64,000 bases of DNA from assembly GCA_043228905.1 (NCBI GenBank), contig JBHGNT010000014.1:2914001-2978000 (forward strand). The letters run 5' to 3'. Origin of the DNA: Azolla caroliniana. Lineage: Eukaryota > Plantae > Polypodiophyta. The notes below the pieces were generated by a model. It did no database searches. It was not told the origin of the DNA and saw only the letters and a program-made list of their open reading frames with translations. Shown piece after piece: positions 37,651 through 49,400 of the stretch; positions within the stretch are counted from its first letter, which is position 1; each line of letters begins with the position of its first letter. The position numbers and the translations under genes were made by a program.

Positions 37651-40600
37651 TCTCGTGAAGAATGTGTTTCGCGATATAAAAATGTATATATATATATTGT
37701 ATTTAGTAGTATTTGAGAGACTTGAACCCACACCCTTATATACGAAGTACAATATACATACCCCTAGCCTAAGCTATTTATTTTTAAAGGTATTGTAAAG
37801 AATATACTTCATGATATAAAAATGTATCTAAATATTGTATGGAGTAAAATTGAGAGACTTAAACCCTCAACCTTGTATACCAAGCACAAGGTATACACCA
37901 CTAAGGTAGGTTATTTATTTAATAAGATATATTTCCATCACTATACTTATCCTATATCTATTTTCATACATGAGAGCTCAAATGAGCATGATGGCTATCA
38001 TGCATCACATGTAATGCATGTACGCCAAATGGCGATCATGCATCACATGAAAGTCATGCATTGCATGCATGCCATCCTCCCGCACATTACCATATGCATG
38101 ACAATACTTATAAGGAAAACAAGAGAGGAATCAAGAGAAAGTTAGAGAAAGAATATGATTAAACAAACAAGTTAGCTCATTTGGGAAGAGGCTCGTGTTT
38201 CGAAGTTGGAGTCAAGGGTTCAAATTTAGAGTTCAGTGATAGAAAAGTCTCATCTGTCTCTCGCACATTACTTCTAACTATTGTTCTTCCTATCCTTAAT
38301 CTTTCTAACATTGTTGCACAAGCCTTATAAAATATATAGCTAACTCCTTTTAACCTTAGTCCCTGCGACTTCACCGCACGAACCACAACTACCCCGACAC
38401 ATTTGGTGAACCCGACGTGAAAGCGGCGACAAGGAAAAATGGAGGAGAAAATGAGGCTTATGTGTATGATGATGGAATGAATGATGTGGGAGCAAGGGAT
38501 GATGGCAAGCATCGACAATATTCTCGCACGAGTAGGAATCTTCGAAGGTATAAATTTAACAAGATTTCTAAAGATTTACAATGAAGAAATGCTTAAACGT
38601 GGTGTCGACGAAGCTGCCAAAATTAATAGCTTTAGTCGAGTCATTGCTATTGGGCTTCAACAAAGGATCGAGGAGCTACAGAGGGAGCATCAGACATGAG
38701 AAACTTTCGAAAGAGCATTACTGAATGAATACAACCTCAATGATATGTCAAGGATGAGAAGGCGAGCTTTCATGGATTGGGTAGAGTCTGATAAATATTT
38801 AAGTGTTTTGGAAGTATTAAAAGAGTTTTCTGAAAGATTTGCGCAATTAAATGTTAGAGATAGAAATATAATAGCGCTAGATAAAGTAATAGTGTTTCTA
38901 CAAGCTACTAATATTAAAGATAGGAAAGACTTGGGAATGCTTTTGGAAGATCAGAATAGTCTGAGTGGACTTACCGAAGACTGGGAGGAGGTGAAAAGGG
39001 CTTGAGCCCATTTCTGTAAAAGAAAGCTATGGTTTATGGAGCTGTTGGAGAGAAATGAAGAAGAAACGAGGAACGAGCCAGGAGAAAAGAAAGTAGAACA
39101 ATCTCTCTTGCACGAATTGGTGAAAGGAATGAAAGACTTGTCGATCAAAGTGATGAAGCTGGAATCGCCACAAAGCTCAACTTCGTCAAGACAAGGAGGT
39201 GGAATGGTCCAAAGGTGTATGTGGTGTGACAGTATCAACCACCAGAAGAAAGATTGTCAAGAACATAGGGACGCTCTTAATCATGATAAAATCTACTATC
39301 AAGATGGCAAGATTCACTCGATAGAGACTCGACAACCACTTCAACTCAACTTTGGGCGAGGTGGAATGAAAAAACTAATGAAAGATGCTAAGAGAGAAAC
39401 AACTCAAGTGATACAATCTGTGACAACCTTAGGGTTGTGTGTAAAAGACTCATATGGTGGATCTCGCTTTTGGCAAGATGTGATGGAATATGCAAGAAAA
39501 GGGAAGGTTCGAGTGAATGAATTAAAAAGAGCGGGAGATGAAATACGGAACTTAACTGAATGGGATGATCCAGTAGACGCACTATTAGCATACGCCCAAG
39601 TGAATGCACAAGAGGTACTAGTAGAAGAGAAGCGAAAGAGAGTTGAGGAGGCTGATCCAACAAAGAAACATGAGACACGAGAACAAAAGAGAAGAGAGAT
39701 GGAAAAGGGTGCTCCTGAGACGAAGGAAGCTAATAGAGTAAAAGGGGAGACAAGCCCACCTTTCAAGATTGCTTCAGACATAGAAACAACGATGGATATA
39801 AAAAAGGTACTAGAAACAAGAATATTAAATAGTAAGGTAGAATTTACTTTAAGAGAAGTGTTGGGTATAGCAAAGAAAGAATTTCATGAAGTTATCATCG
39901 ATATTATTAGAAGAAAGAGAGAGGTGACGAAAGAAGTTACGGGAGGGTGTGCAACAACACTCTGAGATTTGTAAGGTGGCACCATTAATGCTGCAAGTGT
40001 AAAAAACAGAAATGATGTTGGGGTTCATGAAGAGGATAGGAGTCACTATACAAGGGACCATTGGGTTTGAACAACAACGGAGGCACCTACAAAAATTGGG
40101 GAGCAACAAATTCCATGTATTGCTTTGATCGATCATGGATCCGAGATTAACATGATGTCATCGGAATTTTACGCTCAAGGGCGGTGGCCGATCAACAAGA
40201 ATCATGGGTGGAAGATAAGAGCTGCCACAGAAACTACGGAGGATCTATTTGGAGCATGCCCCAATGTGAAGGTAACAATTAGTGATGTGTCGGTAAATCA
40301 AAATTTCTTTGTGCAGAATTGATCAACCTACCCCGTCATCCTTAGTCAGCCTTACATCACCACAGTCAAGATGGAAACAAAGGTGATTGATGATGGTTTA
40401 GCTTTCACGAGAATCAAGAGTCAAGATGGAAGAAAGACAATCCAATTCTTAACCGTGAGGCCCAACCAACAAAAGAAATAAAGAATGCTTGAGGGAACAT
40501 CCAGTTCGGGAGGTGGATGAAGAATTTTCCCAGGATTTTTAGATAGGGCTTTTACAGGTAGGGGTTGTAATAGCCCAGACATGAAAGAAAACCCCATAAA

Positions 40601-43600
40601 TAATAATGTAAATAAAGATATTCCTTGTACAATCTCATCTAGTGGTGCTACTTTTATGCTAAAAGTAGATAATAATAAAATACAAAATGCTTCCGAGTAC
40701 TTTAAGTGTTCTGGATTAATAGGTGATGATGAAGAAATTCAGGATATGTTTGAAGAATTAAGTTTTGAAGATACAATAACTCATCTGGAAGCAATGGAGG
40801 ATGACAACGAAATCCAAGTTCCTGTCCATTCGATCAAGATGTACAAGATCATTAAAGAAGTTGCTCGAAAGGATCATGAGGCATATGTCCTAACAAAGTA
40901 CAAAACAGTGGAGAAGAAGGTTCGTCCTATTGTTGCTCCACTTCCAGGGGATAGTGAAAGGGCAATCAAAGAAGCAGCCATAGAGCTAATGATCAGAGAC
41001 CCACGAAAGGTGGGACATGTGTTTACTCCGGAAACAATACAAGGGATGAAAAGAGGAGGGGGTGACTTCCTATTACCAGTTGAAGAAAAACGATTCCGGG
41101 AGATGTTAAAAAGGCATGGAAAGGCGTTCACATTCCAACCTGAGGAAATAGAGTGTGTGGATCCAAGAATAATAGAGCCCATGGTTATATTCACAATCCC
41201 TTATATTCCATGGAACTTTAAGCCAATACCCATGCCTAGGGCTAGAATCCCTCAACTATTAGAACTTCTAAAAGAAAAGGTAAGGATGGGTATCTTGGAA
41301 CCATCGAACGCTCCTTACTCAAGTTGATGGTTCGCTGTGTTAAAGAAAGATGGATGGCTCTGATTTATCCAAGATATGCAACCCGTGAATAAGGTAACGA
41401 TCCGAAACTCGGGAGTAGGACCAACCTTTATTCTGGGTATGATCAATTTCAACTTGCTATCAAAAGTCAAGATATTACTTCTATCAAGACACCTATAGGG
41501 TTAGTACGGATATGTACCTTGCTGCAAGGAGCGACCAACTTAGGGCGCATATGATGAATGGAATGAACAAGGTACTTCATGATTTTATTCCTATATTACA
41601 ATGCCTTTTTTAGATGATGTTCCGATTAAGGGATGCAAGGAGGAAGAGAAGAATCAGGAATTTGGAAGAAAGTGGTTGCCGACAATTCGTTGCCAACCAT
41701 ATCAAGGATTGTGAGAAGATACTATGAAGGATGGAAGAAGTGCATTTGACCTTATCAGGGGCGAAGTCAATATTTGGGGCAAAAGAGATATTAGTAGTTG
41801 GTCATATGTGTGGCCCGTATGGGAGAAAGCCATCCCCAACCAAGGTCAATGCAATTCAAAACATGCAAGAGGAATGTACACCCGTCTTAGAAGTACGAAG
41901 GTTTTTGGGGGTATTTGTTTTTTTACTGTAGATGGATTCCGCATTATGCCCATTTATCTAAACCTTTATACAGACTCCTAAGAAAAGGAGAAACATTTGA
42001 ATGGAGTGAAGAGCATTCAGAGGCAATGAGGAAATTGAAGTCCTGCTTGACACACACTCCACCATTAAAGCAACCTGACTACACCTGGCCCATATATCTC
42101 ATAGTAGACTCCAGTCCCATTGGAATTGGATGGGTGATAAGACAACAAGATGGGGAAGAAAGGTATCTAGTCTGATTCGGAGCGAAGGTTCTTAGTGGTC
42201 GACAAAGAAAATATGCACAAGTCAAAAGAGAGCTATGGGGGGTAGTAACAACAGTTAAGAAAAATAGAGATTACTTAATTGGTGCTCAAGTAATAATAGA
42301 AACAGATTGTTCGCCTATTCTTGGTATCATAGCTAATTGTGATATTCCAGATCAAGCCATGTTAAGATGGTGTATCTATATTAGATCAGTCAACCCTGAA
42401 GTTAGACATATATCTGGGAATAGAAATGCAATAGTAGATATGTTATCAAGAGCATGGTATAAGGAAGAGGAGATTCCAAACTCAGATGATGAGGACAAAG
42501 AACAAACATTCCTTACCACAAGCATTACCCGGGAAGGAGGAATGCAGTTTCTAGAAGAGGAGTATGAAGAAGAATTCAAGGAAATAGGGAAATATCTACA
42601 AACCCCTGACAAGTATAAAGGTCAATTTGGAAAAGAGTTCGCACAGTTTCACAAGAAAGCCCATAAGTTCTTCCTACATGAAGGATATCTGTGGCGACAT
42701 TCAGAAACCAAGACTAGAAACCCGTAAAGAGTAGTATGTTCTGAAGGGCAAAGAAAGGAGATAATCAGAGAGTTGCATGACAAAGAATAGGCTGGTCATC
42801 GAGGAGTGTGGGCCACTTTCAGTAAGATTAAAGAACCTTTTTGGTGGCCTTGATACTATGAGGAAATAAAAATGTATGTGGAAACTTGTCCCAGTTGTCA
42901 ATATTATTCAAATGCAAAATTTTGTGATGAGTTACACCCAACATACTCACCGGGGGTGCATTACAAGTGGATGATAGATTTGGTAACAATGCCACTTGGA
43001 GTAGGACAAAAGAGATACTTGGTTCTTGCAAGAGAAGATCTAACAATTCAAGTGGAAGGACGTGCACTGCGAACAAAAGGGACATTAGCAGTATGTCAAT
43101 TCATCTTGGAGGACATTGTTTGTAGAAATGGATGTATCGGGAAGATAATGGCAGATAGGGGAGAGCTCAATTCTGCAGAAGCTCAAGATTTTTTCGACAA
43201 AATAGGGATTCATCGTTCTTTGACAACGGCATAAAATCTGGAAGCTAATGGAAAGATAGAAAGGGGACATGGGCCAATAGTGAAAGCTTTAGCAAAGGCA
43301 TGTAAAGGATGGGTCGGTGATTGGCCAAAAGTCTTACCCTATGCATTGTGGGCTGATAGGACAACTCATAGCACTGTTACCGGATATATGCGTGCAGAAT
43401 TAATCACAGGACAGAAACCGATAACGCCAATTGAAGAAAAGATAACTACATGGGTTGTGTTGCCTTGGGAATCAGAAATGAGTAGGGAAGATTTACTTGG
43501 TATTCAGATATGACAACTTCAATCTAGGACAGAAGCCATAGAAAAAGCTGCTACTATTGAAAGAGGCAAGAATCAAGAATAAGGGCAGATTTGACAAGAT

Positions 43601-44802
43601 AAAAAGAATACGACCAAGGAAGGTGCAAGAGGGAGACTGGGTATTAGTATATGATAGTAGCCTAGATAATCAATACAATATTATTCAGAAGTTCGCCAAA
43701 AGATGGTTTGCACCTTATGAAGTTAGGAAAATAACAGATAAGGCCACATATTTCCTCAATGCATTAGATGGGACCGAAATTCATATCCCAATTGCAGAAA
43801 AAAGGATTAAAATATTTAAAAGGAGGGAGTCACTAGAGCCCGAATTTTATGAAGAAGTAGAAGACTAAAAGAATCGGAAGAAGTGTTGGATGAACTCTGC
43901 ACAACCAATGTGCAAGTTCAGAGGGGGTGGGTATCGTGAAGAATGTGCTTCACGATATAAAAATGTACTTAAATATTGTATTTAGTAGTATTTGAGAGAC
44001 TCTCACCCTTATATACGAGGTACAATATACATACCCCTAGGTTAGGCTATTTATTTTTAAAGGTATTGTAAAGAATATGCTTCATGATATAAGAATGAAG
44101 CTAAATATTGTATGGCATAAAATTAAGAAACTTGAACCCTCAACCTTATATACCAAGCACAAGGTATACACCACTAAGGTAGGTTGTTTGTTTTATAGAG
44201 TATATTTCCATCATTGTACTTATCCTATATCTATTTTCATACATGAGAGCTCAAATGAGCATGATGGCTATCATGCATCACATGTAATGCATGTACGCCA
44301 AATGGCGATCATGCTTCACATGAAAGTCATACATTGCATGCATGGCATCCTCCCACACATTACCATATGCATGACAATACTTATATAAAGAGGGGCAAGA
44401 TAAACAAGAGGGGAATCAAGAGAAAGTTAGAGAAAAAAATATAATCAAACAAACAAGTTAGCTCATTTGGGAAGAGGCTCGTGTTTCGAAGTTGGAGTCA
44501 AGGGTTCAAATCTAGAGTTCAGCGATAGAAAAGTCGCATCTTGTGATCGACATTGCAACTTTGGTAAAATATTGTGTTGTTAATATAAGTGTGTTCTTAT
44601 AATACATTTTCACTTCTTAAATCATACATTATTTCTTATCTCTTATCTATGCTCATCTGACTCTCACACATTACTTCTAACTCTTGTTCTTCCTATTCGT
44701 AATCTTTCTAACATTGTTGCACAAGCCTTATAAAATATATATCCAACTCCTTTTAACCTTAGTCCTTGCGACTTCGTCGCACGAACCATAACTACCCCGA
44801 CA
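37651..44802 (+). mobile_element. Full-length degenerate non-chromovirus Ty3/gypsy LTR retrotransposon
   Basis: LTRs 37651-38399 and 43932-44802 (t.tcg...cgaca). PBS tggtgaacccgacgtga 38404-38420 (tRNA-Trp type). PPT gagggggtggg before the 3' LTR. 4-bp TSD gcgt/acgt. gag with CMWCDSINHQKKDC knuckle, protease IDHGSEIN, RT (QGATN, FLDD), RNase H, integrase (LAREDLT..EGRAL, ERGH). Many stops. Confidence 0.93.
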
Positions 44803-46433
44803 ACGTAGGCGCTTTGAATGATCCTTTGCATGAGAATTTGTGGGTAACTCCGGAGTTTCGAATACACACCACCGAGGATGATAGCCTCTATAAGCATAAA
44901 ATGGTGTAACCCTAGTCGACGAGTGGATAGAGTTATTATAAGAAAATTCGGCAAAGTGGAGACTATCCGCCCAATTATCCTGTTGATAGCTTAGAAAACA
45001 CTGAAGATACTGTTCCAACGTTTGATTTGTTCGTTCTGCTTGTTCGTCGTTATGCTTGTTCGTCTGTTTGAGGGTGATAGTCGGAGGAGAGGTTACAAGT
45101 GACCTTGAGCATTTTGAAGAGATGCTTCTAGAATTTCGAGACGAATTGAGGTCCACGGTCGCTGATGATACTATTTGGGAGGCCATGCCGTCTCACACAT
45201 TATTATTCTCTTCCTTTGATTTTAATCAACCTCGTTTTATGATTACCACATAATGCTTATTTCCTTGTATTTGATGCATGGTCTCCCATGTATGCAATTA
45301 TCCCTTCAAAACCATTTAATTTTTTTGCCTACTTTTAACATCTTCAAGGAGAAACTAATGACATTAAGAGACTTTGAAAGCTAGGAACTTCTAGTGAGAA
45401 TTTCTTGTCTTTACAACTACTCATTTAAAATTTAGACTTGTAAAAAGGTAACTACTTGGATTGTTGAGGCTTGCAACCACAATCTTACAACTACAACGCA
45501 CAACTAATACCATCATACTTAGCCCACAACTATCCCTCATGTTGAATCATCCATACAAGCTCAACACAGGCCAGATCGGCTGTGCAAGCCAAGAACCGGA
45601 TCGGTTGGGATCGATCAATTAGGCCGGACCGGTGCATAAACCGGGTGCGTAAACCGGTGCGCAACGAGAAGCCGTAGCGGTGTGTAAACCGCGAGGCCGT
45701 TGGAAAGATATTCCACGTGGGAATATATTTTTGGGAGTTAGTGTAGAGCTCACTTATGGGCATTGAATACATGTCAGTACTTTTGTCAGTCCGTATGGAC
45801 TTCTATAAAAGTGCTCATTGAGCAGATCCTATGTACAGATTGTGTACTATTTTTGAATTGAGTCTTTGTGTGCATTCTCTCTGTCTCTCCCGCATACTTT
45901 GTATATTCAGGCTCTCCATTAAACCTGCGTTTCTATGTTCGGTTTCCTATTGCTTCCGCACGCTATTCTTTTCACATGGTATCAGAGTGCGAGGGTTGAG
46001 AACCTCTGCAGCCGACCTTAGCTCGAGAAGAAAACCTAACATTCGTAAAGAACAGGAAAAACAAAATGGATAGAGGCATGGCTAGCTCGCTTCCTACCGA
46101 GAAGCTCGACAAAAACAACTACGCGTCTTGGTCATACAAGATGCACGAGTACCTACGCGGGCATGGATACTGGAGCTATGTCGACGGAGCAAATGATACA
46201 ACACCCGATTCGACACATAGAGATTTCCCAGCGTGGGAACAGTCGGCGAGTAGAGTCCTCTACTGCTTCACGTCTTGTGTGGGTGAATAGCTTTTAAGCT
46301 ACATTCGGGATGCAAAAATGCCAAAGGATGCTTGGGGAAATCTAAAAAAGATTTTCGCCGCAAGCACCACAGTCAGAAAGCTCCAACTCCGACAAGAGTT
46401 GAGCAACTTGCGACAACACGATTTGTCGGTGGC

Positions 46434-49400
46434 TGTAGAAAGTAGCGTGCGGAAGCAGGTATGAAGACAGAACAGAGGAAGGAAACTCAGGTTCAATGGA
46501 GAGCTTGGGCTTACACGGTATACGCGGCAGAGACAGAGAGAGTAGACACAAAAAACTATATTTCACAATAATACTCAATCTCTGTGTACATAAGACGTGC
46601 TCAGTGAGCACTTTTATACAAGTCCTAGAAGGACTGACCGAAGTACTGACAGTACTTCAATGCTCATTAAGAGCTCCTACACTAACTCCCAAATATATTC
46701 CTCACGGAATATCTTTCCTAACGACCTCCCGGTTTACGCACTCGGCCTAACCGATCGGTCCCAGCCGATCTGGTCCTCGGCTTCTTCAGCCGATCTGGCC
46801 GATGTTGAGCTTGTCTCTCAACACTCCCCCTCAAGCTCAACTTGAGGCTCTTCGGGATCTTCATAGCACCGGTTCCTCCTGGCTTTTCGCCTCGCTCGCG
46901 CTCCTCGACCTGTTCGACTCCGCGCGCTTCGACCCTTCCGGTCGGCTTGTCTGCTCATGTGGCCCTCATCAGCTCTTCTGTTGTTGCGGTGTTGACGCTT
47001 CTTCTGCTGCCTTTTCTTCCGCTTGGGCCTCGGTTGATTCAACTTGTTTGAATCAAACATCCGAACCGACTCGGCTACCTCCGATCGGTTTTCGCTCTCG
47101 TCCGAGTTGGCTATCTCCAACTCGTCTTCGGTTTTCTCACCCTCGATGGCGTCATCTCCCCTATCCGTGGTTGGCTTCGGCTTTCTCCTTCGGCTGCTTC
47201 CCTTCTGTCCTCTTCCGAACTTTTCCGCGGGTCCGCCCTCGGCTTCTTCAGCCGATCCGAAGTCGCCCTCGGCTTCTTCAGCCGATCCGTCTTCAACCGA
47301 GTCAACAAACGAGTCAACCGACTCGGTGTCATGGTCACCGCTCCTTTCCTGCTGCTTTGCTTGGTCGTTCGGGACTGTTCTCCCCCTCAAGTTCGGCACG
47401 TCAAGGTGACGCAACCCGAGCGCACCTGAGAATTGCCGCAACTTGTCCAGACCAAGAGGCTTGGTGAAGATGTCGGCAGCCTGCTGATCCATCGGAACGT
47501 ACTCGGAAAGGACACGCTCACGGACGAAGTGGTAGTGCACCTCAATGTGCTTGGTCCGTGCGTGGAAAACGGAATTTTTTGCGAGTTGGATGCTGCTGAG
47601 GTTGTCGCAGTAGATCGTCGTCGGATCTGACACCTCCTCTTGCAGGTCCTTAAGTAGCCGCTTCAACCATATGGCTTCGCATGTCGCGACAACCGCTCCT
47701 CGGTACTCAGCTTCGGTGCTCGACAGTGCAACTGTCCGCTGCTTCTTACTGCTCCACGCGATCGCGACACTCTCGAGGGAGAACGCGTATCCAGACGTGG
47801 ATCGGCGATCGGCGGCATTGCCAACCCAATCAGCATCGGTGTAGCCGACTAACTGCGCGGCTGCACCGGTCCGATATAGCAGTCCCCGGTCCTTAGTGCC
47901 GTTGACATACCGAAGTATGCGTTGCGCACACTGAAGGTGCTCCTCGGTAGGTCGCGCCATGAACTGACTGATCACCCCGACCGGATAACTGAGGTCGGGT
48001 CGGGTGATGGTCAAGTATATGAGGCTTCCGACAATTCGTTGGAACCTCGTCAGGTCGCATACCTTTCCCGTATCGGAACGAAGCTTCACGGTTCTATCCA
48101 GTGGAGTCGAGACGGTCTTACATTCGGCCATCCCGAATTTGAAGAGCATACTCAACACGTAGTGACGTTGGCTGATCAATATGTCTTCGGGGGTACGGAT
48201 CACTTCGATCCCGAGGAAGTAATGAAGGTCCCCCAGATCCTTCATGTCGAACGATGCCGCAAGCTGGAGCTTCACGCGGTCGATTTCACCTAGGTCGGCG
48301 CCGGTGATGACCAAGTCATCAACATACAGTAAAATACTAACCGGTCCGAGTCGACCTTTCCGGATGAACAGGGAAGAGTCCGATTTTGACGTGACGAAGC
48401 CCATCCGACGCAGTTGTTGCGTTATCTTCGCGTTCCAGGCACGCGGGGCTTGCTTCAGTCCCTAAAGGGACTTCTTTAGTCGGCATATTGCCGAGGAGTT
48501 CATTCCAGAATGAAATCCGGGGGGCTGTACCATGTACAAATGTTCCTCAAGGTCACCTTGTAGGAACGCATTCTTTACATCCATCTGATGTAGGTGCCAC
48601 CCCTTGGCCGCGGCTATTGCGAGCAAAACACGAACGGTCGTCATTTTCACGACCGGCGCAAACGTCTCATCGTACTCGATGCCGTGCTTCTGCGCGTAGC
48701 CCTTTGCCACTAGCCGAGCCTTGTACCGGTTGACCGAGCCATTGGCGTTGTACTTGACTTTGTACACCCATCTACACCCAATCAGCTTCACATCCTTCGG
48801 TGTGTCAACCAGGTCCCAGGTCTCGTTCTCCGCCAGTGCGTGCATCTCTTCCTCCATCGTGGCACGCCAATTTGCGTCTTCCGCCGCGTCTGCGTAGCTC
48901 TCCGGCTCACGCATTTCCGCTACACGGGTCATGTACGCATAATGATGCGCCATGTACTCGTTGTATCTGAACCACACAACAGGGTTCTTTTGGCGGGTAG
49001 ATCGGCGTAATCTCACATTAGCCGATGTCGAGGCCTTCTCGGTCGACGCGGTCTTCAGCTTTAAAGACCCGTCACCGGTTTCCTCGGAGTCGGACTCGCG
49101 TCGGTCTGACTCGTTCCTTTCCGTGCTGGAATCCGACACCTTCTTCTTCCCTTTCTCTTTGTGCGTAAGCCATCTCCTCGGCTTCCTGCGCGAGGAATGC
49201 ACGGCCGAGTCTCCACTACTCGCCGGCTCTTCATCGGACTGGTCGTCCTGACTTAGTCGTCCAATCGGTCCGCTTAACCGGAGTGAAATCGGACTGTCTT
49301 CGCGTGTCTCGATTTCGGGCTCATTCGGAGGCATCTCGGCCTCGCTGACCTCATCGTCAGAGATCGGATTGGTGTCGGGGTTCCGAGGTGAGGGCAGGTA

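Noticed and set aside
37822-38145. His/Met-rich 107-aa ORF repeated at 44077
   Set aside because: Lies inside the two LTRs; results from CATG-rich sequence
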